This document shows, one piece after another, positions 27,626 to 37,440 of a DNA stretch of 64,000 bases (positions within the stretch are counted from its first letter, which is position 1; each line of letters opens with the position of its first letter). The notes beneath the pieces were generated by a model, which searched no databases, had not been told where the DNA came from, and saw nothing but the letters and a program-made list of their open reading frames with translations. Both the position numbers and the translations under genes were made by a program. The DNA is from Sphagnum compactum (taxonomy: Eukaryota), in NCBI GenBank assembly GCA_965153455.1, contig OZ234493.1, positions 34,152,213-34,216,212 on the forward strand, read 5' to 3'.

Positions 27626-30600
27626 TTATACGTGGTCATCATCCACCTCAGAGGTTGTAAACACAACCTCTGGTTTCTCACCTAGAATAGAATGGGACCG
27701 TGGCACATATGTGACAACAAGTGACCACTCCTCTGGGTTTGGGGGATAAGGAAGATAAAAGCATTGTTCTACATGACTGGGAAAAGTAAATGGCTCTGAA
27801 GTTTGCCAATGAGATGGCTGATAACTGGTGGCAGATGTCTTTAACCGTGTGTGTCCGCACTCATCCTGAATTACAGTGCAATTTGCACCAGCAAGGTTCA
27901 CTTTAAACCACTTGCACTTAAACACATACTCTTCAAACTTTGAATGTGCATCATAAGATACCACCAAGATCTCTTCCAGCTTTCCATAATGTGGCACAAT
28001 ATCTCGAACAATATTCCTGTCATGCCGACTGCTTCTAGAGTCCTGAATGAATTGCCCTTGAACTCCACAGTCAAAGGTCCGGCCCCTTTTTTCATCCAAA
28101 CTGGAAATCCTGAAATTAATATTGTGTTAGGCATTGTGAGTCCTAAACTTATATGATAATAGAAACTTCATGCCCATAAAAATCATCCTAGAACATTCTA
28201 AAAAACTTGTCTGGAATATGAAGATGAATTAATATGCCTAATGAAATAGAAAAAATGAATACCTGAAATGTCTTCCTTGTGTCCACATTGCTGAACGTGT
28301 TGTCACAACTTTCAATGGTCCATGAACCATGGTGCGAACATCATCTGTGATCTCTGGAAAACATGCTATACTTTCTCCTTGTGCCAACAATTGATCCACT
28401 TCAACCAACTTCTCTTTCATGTACTTATGAAACGTAGGAAAAATCCTTGATCTCCCACTCATACTTTTGGCATTCTCATAGAAGTTCCTCCACTCTTCCA
28501 TGACATTACTATTATTCAACATGAATGTGGTCAGCTGAATTAACTCTGTAGGTAATAACATACGTGTTTTGATGGCACCAGTCAAATGGTCTTCCTCCTC
28601 TTCTCTTTCCTCCATCCAGACATGAGGACATGATGGATCTATAGTGGCCAAGATGTTGGTGCAATAAAACATGCTCTCTGCTGCCAAGTGTCCTGCTGCC
28701 ATGCTTCCCTCCACTCGTGCATGGTTACGGACATAACCTTTTAATACTGCCATATATCTTTCAAGCCAATACATCCACCGACAATGCACAGGACCAGCAA
28801 TGGCTATCTCATCCACAAGGTGAACTAGTAAATGCACTTGACAATCAAATAATGATGGAGGGAAGGCCTTTTCCAACTTGCATACCACCTCTGCTGCTAT
28901 TACCCTCATTCTTGGAATCTCCTCTACAAATAATTCCTTTGAGCATACCCATCTCAACAGATATCCCAATGACCAAAGAGCATCTTGTACTTCTGCACTA
29001 GCTAAGCCTATTATTGCCACAGGCAATATGTGTTGCAGTAAACGATGATAGTCATGTGTCTTGAAATACCTTGGCCACTTGTGGTCATCGTCCCTACCAA
29101 AAGCTTTTTGAAGATTAGCTCCATAACCTGCAACAAGGTACCATAAAATTATACAAAAGTATTCTAGACATCCAACAGATAACATTCTATACTTCAAACT
29201 CTTTTTCCAGTATAAGGCATACATATTTAAATATAAATAAAAGCAATAGAGTACTTCTAAATTCAACCCTTGCCATCAAAGTTCAAACCTGTAGGGAATC
29301 GCATCTCTCCTATGCGATTTCGAAAGTTTCTTCTTTCTTGTGTAGTAAGTGTCCATGGAGCTGATGGTCGCTGCTCAATACCTGTGTTAGGATCAACAGT
29401 AATCCACACATCGGGATGCCTCTCAAAATCCTCACAGGCCTCCCTAAAGTTACTGTCCTTCTCTCCATAGAGCTGTTTTATGATAGCCTTTCCCACATTT
29501 CCCTCAATGTGCATGGGGTCCAAGAGATGACGTATTTTCAGCTCACCCCAGTAAGGCAAGCTGTTGAGTATACCCCACCTTGTCAATCCACTACCCTCAA
29601 ACACCATAGAATCATTTAGGTCAATAACTCTATTGGCCACATCCCTCTAATATGCAAAAGTGGTAGCTTCTGGAATATCACGCTCATCACCATAAGGCAT
29701 GTCAAAAGATGAAAATAAAAGTGGGTCTGATCTCATATCATGTCCCAATGGAAGAAACTTTGTATGGCCAAGGTAAACAATTTTGCGAAGATGGCTTGAG
29801 TATTTAGCCATGTCCTCGAAACTTGGGCCACATGTAGAGCAGGCCTTGTAGCCTTGAGTTTGCAGCCCACTTACAAAACCAAACCCTGATTGTAGAAGAA
29901 CGGAATATTAGAACAACAAATAATCACAAAACAGAATAATAAAGAAATATATAGAGGCATGTGCATGATTTCTTACCAGGATAATCATACATTGTCCACA
30001 TGCAAATTGCCTTCAACTTGAATACACGTGGTATTCCTCCAGTGGTCTTCCTCCCATCATATGCCCATACTTCATCCCACAATGTTTTGAGCTCATCGAC
30101 CACTAGTGCTAAGTAGGTGTCTAGGTTTTTCACCTTACTTGGCCCTGGGATAATAAGAGAAAGCAGCAAAAATCCTTTTTTCATAGACAACCACGGAGGA
30201 AGGTTGTAATTCATGACAACAACTGGCCAAACAGAGGTAGGTCGTCCCTTTCCTCCAAGTGAATGTGGACTAACACCATCTGATGTTAACCCCAACCTCA
30301 CATGCCTAGGGTCACGCTCAAACTCTAGCCATGTTGACTCCACATGCTTATGAATAGGAGAGTCAACCGGTAACCTCATAACACCAGGCTCTGATCGATG
30401 TTCCTTATGCCAAACCATTAACTCGGCCAAGTCTGTACATCGATACATGTGCAACAAGCGAGGAATAATGGGAAACCACCTTACTGATTTCCTGGGCACC
30501 TTCTCTGTAAGCATCTGAGGATCATATCGAGCCTCTTCACATGTACTGCACTCCGTTAAATGGGCATTGTTCCCATGAAATAACATGCAGTCATTAACAC

Positions 30601-32450
30601 ATGCATGGACAATTTGATACTCCATGCCTATGGAGGATAAGATCTTTTTAGCCTCCTTCCAAGATCCTGGCAAAACATTTTCCTCAGGTAGCAAGAGGCT
30701 ATGACAAAACTGGAAAATGTCTGACAACATAGTATTGCTTGCCTTGTGTTTTGCTTGGATGTTTAACAACCCCAGTATGGCTGCTAAACGGCTTAACCTT
30801 GCACCTTGAAAAATAGGTGTTTGAGCATGTGCCTTCGCCTCTTGCCATTGCCGTTGTGCCTGGGCAGTATGTTGATGACGTGGATCATCTGCATTGGCTC
30901 CTTCATCATGTGGGTTGCCAGACATATCATCAACTATGTCAAGTCCAAACCAGTCAACCATGAAGTCATCCATTGCTTGTTCTTGGTTTGCAGGCAGTGG
31001 TGCTTCCTGAACTGGTTGAGAGACACCTTCATCATGAGCAGACAAGTCATTTGATGAAGAATGAGTTGATGAAGAGTCTGATTTGTCTGGCATGCCCATT
31101 TCCCGATATGTTGCTCTCAACCTCCGTGGCAGCATGTCTTCAGAAGGCCGAATATTCTATGCAATACCAAATCCAGAAGATCTTAACTATATACCAAGCA
31201 TAGTTGCATATTACATTATAAATAAAAAATGCCAAAATGCATGTATATAGATATGGTATGTTATGTCTTAAACAAAGTACATAGTTTAGAAATGGTGGAA
31301 TCCTAATTCCACTCATAGTGTGTAAACAACTCATCTCCTGATCTGATCGTCCTAGTAGCTAACACCAGGGAATGGTCTTCATGATAAGTCTCGCCATATG
31401 GTGCTGGAGGAGGTCCTTCAACAAAAACCCACTCACAATTAGCCCTACGCTTAGGCCGACTCCCCACCGTACTGTTGATGAAACCAGCAATGTTTCCAGA
31501 ACGTATGGGGTCTCCATCTATCACCCTCACATCACTATGCCTCCTAGTGCTACCAGCAAAGGTGTCCATCTCAAGAGCAAAGGTCTTCCACTCAGGATGT
31601 TGTCTGAGGATCATGTTCCAATGTCTTCTCTTATAGATAGGCCCACCATAAGGGAACAAAGTAGGACCCTCTCTACGATAACTAGTTGAATCCTCTACAA
31701 TGATGTCCTCACAAGCATATACTCCATAGCCATGCCTCTCTCCAAGTGTAGAGGCCTTAACAATCCATCGTCTACCCCAAACCACAACCTCCTCATCATA
31801 GGGCAAACTATCAAGCAACCCAAGAACTGCAGGGTTCCATGACTGGATAATATTGGCACATTTGCCAGTGAACTCACACATACCCCATCTGCCCTCAACA
31901 ATAGTCCTAGCATGACCCTCACTTGGACGTTGTGCTTTGGATCGCTGTCTAACGGAGGGCAGACATGGCCTTGCCTCATGATGTGGATTACTGGCCTCAT
32001 GAGAGGCACCAATCCCTACAGCAAATGCATGCGAAAGTGCATTTCCTATGGCAGCTAAAACCCCTTGTGATAGAACATAGGGTGGTGGTGTCATACGGGA
32101 ACCCTATTACATTCAAAAAACCACAACAAACCATGGAAGTGAAAATAGTTTCAAAGAGGATTTCATGAAAAATAACATGTATCAAAGAGGAAAAATGACA
32201 ATGGTAAAATGACACTTACCACATGAGATGAAGAAGCTCCTGGGGTAAGACCACGATGACGCCCAAATCGCTGAATGTGTTGAGCACAAACATATGACTT
32301 TTGTGAAATCTGACCAACACACTTGGTGCATTGGCAAAGCTGCCGAGGTGGACCATGAGGAGAATGAGACACCTCTGCTTGTGTATGAGCTGATGTGCCT
32401 TCATTTGAGGAGGATGAGTCACTAGTGGAGACAACGGAGGAGGAAGACAT
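27626..32450 (-). pseudogene. CACTA TnpD transposase; predicted exons 32450-32220, 31156-29977, 29885-29289, 29127-28263, 28109-27626 (1,118 codons) with one in-frame TAG at 29649-29647
   Basis: All introns are GT..AG with matching phases (total 3,357 nt). Motifs: CQCTKC...CAQHIQRFG (transposase-associated domain), HACVNDCMLF...CSTCEEARY, WFPIIPRL, RHVRLGLTSDG, SVWPV...YNLPPW, DYPG, GYKACSTC, LDPMHIEGNV, RFPTGYGANL, KTHDYH, HLLVHL...GPVHCRWMYWLER (DUF4218-like), YGKLEEI...FKCKWF...EPFTFPSHVEQCFY (DUF4216-like). The single stop in FAY*RD is probably TGG>TAG. Confidence 0.92.
31303..32103 (-). CDS. SET-domain protein (lysine methyltransferase-like) carried by the CACTA element; intact terminal exon (ORF 32094-31303, 263 aa), probably spliced to exon 32450-32220 to give ~343 aa
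   Basis: All four SET signature blocks occur in order: HGYGVYACEDI (GxG), LFPYGG (YxG), IDG...GNIAGFINS...ANC (RFINH-like) and VLATRTIRSGDELFTHY (ATRxIxxGxELxxxY). A TAG acceptor at 32106-32104 is phase 0 and in frame. No stops or frameshifts. Confidence 0.88.
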   Translation of the reverse strand, partial: GSRMTPPPYVLSQGVLAAIGNALSHAFAVGIGASHEASNPHHEARPCLPSVRQRSKAQRPSEGHARTIVEGRWGMCEFTGKCANIIQSWNPAVLGLLDSLPYDEEVVVWGRRWIVKASTLGERHGYGVYACEDIIVEDSTSYRREGPTLFPYGGPIYKRRHWNMILRQHPEWKTFALEMDTFAGSTRRHSDVRVIDGDPIRSGNIAGFINSTVGSRPKRRANCEWVFVEGPPPAPYGETYHEDHSLVLATRTIRSGDELFTHYEWN

Positions 32451-32589
32451 ATCATCTGTCACATTCATAAGGCACAAATGTAAGGCAAAGACCAGATAGG
32501 ACTTTCAAAAATCATGTGATACAACAATATAAACCATTGACAACTCATAAATTGAAACTACCTAAACCAAAAAGAAATGCATACCTGCA

Positions 32590-33076
32590 TCCAATGTGGG
32601 CTCAACAATGCCTATAGGACTGGTTGCCCGAAACCCTTTGGCATATGCACAACAGGAGCTCTCTGACCTACAACTCTCGAGAAGAAACCCTAAACCCTAA
32701 AACTTTGCGAGCCCCTTGCAAACCCCCTACCATCGCATCCCTTTTCGCATCTGCATACGTTACTTAAACCAAAGCCCTAAAACCTTTAACTTCCTCCTAC
32801 GTTAGTGAAGCCCCCGACTTCGCAACCCTCATTCGTTGCGATACGAACAGCATTGCACGGCCGTTGCGAGCAATACCGTATCGTAGGTTGCGATGCGGGT
32901 TACATCGCAAGCCCTGAATTTCTGAAAGTCCTTAAGCTGGAACGGAATAAGGTGTCTGCCCAAGCTTTCTGGGGGTCTAGATTAGAGTACCACGGCGGGT
33001 GAATTTGAACTCATTCTCGGCATTGCTCGAGAATTGTAGAAGGAAAGCTTGGGCAGATAGGAGGGGGCGAATTGCA
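32590..33076. promoter_or_regulatory. Putative bidirectional promoter between the TnpD/SET transcript and ORF2
   Basis: Lies between divergent genes. Contains tandem telo-boxes AAACCCTAAACCCTAA (32685-32700) and a CpG-rich TCGCA/TTGCGA cluster (~32705-32910). There is a 5' UTR splice donor CAG|GTATGC at 32584 on the minus strand. Confidence 0.55.
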
Positions 33077-34897
33077 ATGGCTGGGACTGGTGGAGGGGGA
33101 GGGGGTTCTGGGTCTAGAGGAGGTGACAACAATGAGGAAAGGTTGAGGAAGATGGTTGCTGATCACTTGAGAGCTTCAGAGCTGTTTGCAATCGATACTA
33201 GGACACCCGAAAGGCTACCATCCCTGACAGCCATCTTAGGTCAAGCATTGCAAGCAGGGCTGACTGCTGGGGAAGCACAAAGAGAGGAGGAGGCAAGGAA
33301 GGCTGCAGAAGCCAAGGCAGCAGAGAAGAAGAGAAAGAGAGATGAGAGAGCAACAACAGGAGCTCTCTCACCTAGAACGCTCGAGAAGAAAAGGAGGAAG
33401 GATGAGAGGGATGCCATCAGAAAGGAGAAGCTCGATCTGAAGAAGAAGGAGGAGGAGAGGAAGAAGCTCCCTTTGATAACATTGGCAGAGGAGGGAATTC
33501 CAACCGAGCTGGCATACACTGGGGCCAAAAGCACCATTAGGCACATTGTCTTCACCAACTTTGCACGAGGAGTTGAGTGGGGCACTCTCTCAAAGGCAGA
33601 GCAGAGGAGAGTGATAAATAAGGTCAAGGGAGCATTTCGAAATGGAGGAGAGCTTGATTCACAGTGGATTACAGACAAGATCTCCAATTCAATGTATCAA
33701 GTAAGATACCATGATAGGATGAAGATTTGTGCTCACCTGAGAGACCTGAATGTGTACAGGAACTTGGAGAGGCCGCTTCAGTTCTCAGAAGACATCTGGA
33801 ATGCCTTCTACCAGTCTGAGGTGCAGCTAAAAGCAGCAAGGCAGTTGAAGGAGATCACAGAGCAGCTAGCCAAGGCCAAGAAGGCACGAGAGTCTGGGAG
33901 GTCGGACCGTGACCTGAAGGCACTGGAGCTGAAGCTTGCTGAATGCCAATCAGTGGTGGACGAGGTCGGTGATCCACCATTGAAGTTCCTCAAGGCAGCA
34001 GAGCGAGTGAAACTGGTTCCACCCACCACCCACAGGCTAGGGCAAGGTGGCATTCCCGGCCTCAAAGCAGCATTTGTAAGTACACTCCCTACCCTCCATT
34101 TTTTTTCTGCAAAGATTCGTTTCTGTCGAGTCACATAGGACTGTTTGGGATACCTTTTGTGATGCAAATTGCATCGCAAAGATGTGTCAAATGGCGTTTA
34201 ATTCGCAAAGTTACGATGCTATTTGTTTCGCAAACTGCTTCGCAAGATACAGTATGCGAAAGTCTGCGCTTCGCAAAAGAGTTCGTAGACTTGAACAAAT
34301 CGCAAACTGCTTCGCAAGTTAAAATATGCGAAGTTCTACGCTTCGCAAATATGCGAAGTTCTACGCTTCGCAAATATGCGTTTTTTTTGACCTGTTGTTT
34401 TATGGGGACAGTACAAGAGGTACAAGAGGAAGATCACAGCTGCAGAAATGACAATGGGCCAGGAGCATGGCAAGGAGCATCTTTTTTAACATGTTGATGC
34501 ACTATTGGTGAGTGGGTATTGGTTGGGATTGAATTTCTGTTTGTGTTGAGATTGTTTTCATTTGAATCAAGATTTTCATTGTTGACTAAGCTTTGCATGT
34601 TGAAATGCAGGCATCTGAGGGTGAGAGTGAGAGCTCTCAGGGCAGCAGTGATGAGGAGGAGAGAGGCGCTAGCACTGCTCCCCCCAGTGTAGCTACCACT
34701 AGCAGTGGACCCAATTCATTTGTTAGTCGAAATGCAGGTTCTGCAGGGGGTGTGGGTAGGGAGGAGGATGAAGACGAGGAGGAGGGCAGGGGGACGATGA
34801 AGAGAGGGAGGAGGATGAGCAGCCTCCCCCTCCACCAGAGAACACTAGGAAGAAAGATTCAAGGAAGAAATCCAAGAGGGGAAGGAGGTCTAGATAG
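33077..34897 (+). pseudogene. CACTA ORF2 (TnpA/Ptta-like accessory protein); exons 33077-34075, 34412-34507, 34611-34897; TAA at 34487-34489 and a probable 1-nt frameshift near 34790
   Basis: Long first exon with a K/E/R-rich coiled coil, a helical region with IWNAF, and HRLGQGG (resembles the H..G.GG motif of En/Spm Transposase_24 proteins). Introns are phase-0 GT..AG. The shifted frame after the G-run gives a natural-looking acidic/basic tail GDDEEREEDEQPPPPPENTRKKDSRKKSKRGRRSR*. Confidence 0.7.
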
Positions 34898-35039
34898 ACA
34901 GCTAGTGTGTTAGATACCCGAGACTTGCAAACCCTTTTACATTGTAACTTTTGAAATTTTGATATAGATTTTTTTTTTCCGGCCCAAAGTGACTCCAAAT
35001 GAATATAAACCCTGCGTACAAAATAAGAATATAGTGCCA

Positions 35040-35680
35040 TGCTCTTGCGATACACAGTCAATCTCAAAACTATTTGCGAGTCATATTTCTTCGCAACACT
35101 ACAAAAGCCAAAAGACCAAATATACCATCTCACAGACATCGCTAAACTCTGACGGTTAAAATCATTCCAGAACAGGTTTGCGAAATCCTACATTTCGCAA
35201 ACGTTTAGCGACATTTTGCAAATCGCAAACTCTTTGCGTTAGATATTATATCGGAAACCGATAGAGTTTTGAGTCGATTCGCTAAGTTGTAGCGTTGATG
35301 AGTTTGTTTCAAAACGTTTCCGATGTTTGTTTTATCGCAAATTCGTAGCGGCATCGTAAACATCGCAAAACGTTTGCGTTAGACGTTATATCGAAAACCG
35401 ATAGATTTTTGCGTCTATTCGCTAAGTCGTTGCGATGTTGGGTTTGTTGCAAATAATTTTCGATGTATTGTGAATCACAAATCATGTATAGAAGACATTA
35501 TAATCGGAAATGTTTTGCGATTATTTCAGTTTCGGGAGTTGCGAAGAGCTTGCGATTGTACGGGTGCGAAGGTGAGGGTTTCGCAAAGGCTTAAGAGTTT
35601 GCGAGGAATTGTTGTTCGGAACTGCGGGTTTTCGGAAACTGTTTTCTTTGTTGTTTGCGATGATATTTGGATCGCAATAT
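35040..35680. repeat. Right subterminal repeat array of the CACTA element
   Basis: Many TCGCAA/TTGCGA/TCGCTAA motifs, plus a larger duplicated block (TTTGCGTTAGA..TTATATCG.AAACCGATAGA at ~35233 and ~35373). Confidence 0.85.
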
Positions 35681-36689
35681 GCCCCTCTTTTGTTGTAGTG
35701 TTAGACCAACTCTTACCTTCAATCTCTCCTCCAATTTTATATCATTTTCATTTATGAACACATCACATCCCTCATCTAGAAAATTTGATTCAATTTCTAG
35801 GATGTGTTAACAAACCAAGGCTAAGAAAATTAAATAATTACATTCTTTTTAGTTTTGCAAAATGTGAAAATGCACACAAATTATTCACCAGTTGATTCAC
35901 TTTTCACAAAACACAATATGCAAGTAAAGTGTTTAAGTGCAAAATTGCTTCAAACTAAATTTAAACTCCCCATTCCTAGACCCGCAAGTATTGGACCTAG
36001 GGTTATTTATATAACCTACTCAGGTATCAAAATTTGAATTAAAGAAAAAGACTTAGTTTTTTGTGAATTAGCCATTTCAAGTTACATACCCTAAACTTTG
36101 GGTTTCATGTCAAATATCATTGAGTGATACTTGATTAGTTTTTTGCATGAGAATGGATTGAAAACCAAGCCAATTTCTGAGCACAATTTGGTACTACCCA
36201 ACACTAGCAATATTAACAAAAGGGAAAAACACCATAGAAATAGCATAACAAGTTTGACACCACTTAATAGGGGCCTAGTGGCTATTAGTTAACTAGATGC
36301 ATATAAATGATTAGTACATGGGTAAAGATTAATGGGTTGTTAGTAGGTAGGTAGAAAAACAAGAACTAAGCTAACCATAGTAATAAGTTATGGAATTAAG
36401 GCTAAAATGAACTAGCACCCACCAATGCAATAGTTGACCATTCTATCTGTAGGATGGGCTACATTTCTTCATCCAATTTTTGACCTTGTGTTAACCCAAC
36501 GTTGCACCACATTCAACTTTTTTGGGTTGCTGACCTTTGACCTTTTTTATTTTTTAGGTGCTTTTTCCCCAACCTTGACCATAGTACCCACCAATTTAGT
36601 CACCTTAATTCTCTAATGACCCTATTGACCTACCTACATTATTGACCTACATCTTGGTTTTACTTACCAACCCTTTACTTACCTACCTT

Positions 36690-37440
36690 TTATTTTTTCA
36701 TGGCTAAACCTTTGCATTTTGGCAAACTTCTAATTCTTCTTGGTTAAACTTATATCTTTTGGCAAAAAAATTCATCTTTTCATGGTTAAACTCTACATGT
36801 TGGCAAATACTTTATATCTTTATAGTTTCTCTATCTCTTGGCAAAACTTTTAGCTCTTCATGGCAAAACCTTTACTTTTCAACAATAACCTATATATTTT
36901 ATTAGCTAAACCTTTACCTTTTGGCAAAAATTCTAACTTTTCTTAATTAAACCTATATCTCTTTACAAAACCTCCATCTTTTCATGGCTAAACCACTACA
37001 TGTTGGCAAAAGTTCTATCTATTCTGATTAAACTTTTACCTCTTGGCAAAACCTTAACCTTTTCCTAACTAAATTTTTACCTTTCAATAAAACCTATATC
37101 TTTTCTTAGTTAAATGTCTACCACTCGGAAAAACTTTTAACTCTTCCTAGCCAAACCTCTACCTTTTGGCAAGTTTTTTTTTTTGGTCTAAACTTTTACC
37201 TCTTACTATGTAAAACTTTATCTCTTTTTGGTTAAGCTACTAAAAATTGGAAAAACTTCTAATTTTCATGGCTAAATCTATATTTCTTGGCAAAACTTCC
37301 ACCTTTTCATGATTAAACCTCTACTAGTTGGCAAAACTTCTATCCTTTCTTGGTTAAAGTTTTATCTTTTGAAAAAATAATTAATTTTTCATGGCTATAC
37401 TTATACCTATTGTCAAAACTTTTACCTTTTGACAAAAAAA
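36690..37440. repeat. Degenerate tandem minisatellite (~20/40-bp units, GGCTAAACCT...TTGGCAAAA)
   Basis: Recurrent CATGGCTAAACC / TTGGCAAAAC motifs; non-coding. Confidence 0.65.

Larger units (their letters stand above)
26835..35700. mobile_element. Full-length CACTA (En/Spm) DNA transposon, 8,866 bp
   Basis: Left end CACTACTACA (26835), right end TGTTGTAGTG (35700; reverse complement CACTACAACA). TSD TTA at 26832-26834 and 35701-35703. Subterminal TCGCA/TGCGA arrays at both ends, with TnpD and TnpA-like genes inside. Confidence 0.97.

Noticed and set aside
33241-34179. Antisense ORFs opposite ORF2 (also those opposite the TnpD, SET and hAT ORFs)
   Set aside because: Shadow frames of real coding sequence.
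34290-34385. CRISPR-like or RNA-gene interpretation of the short repeats
   Set aside because: Eukaryotic intron context, no regular unique spacers and no cas genes; explained as CACTA motif arrays.
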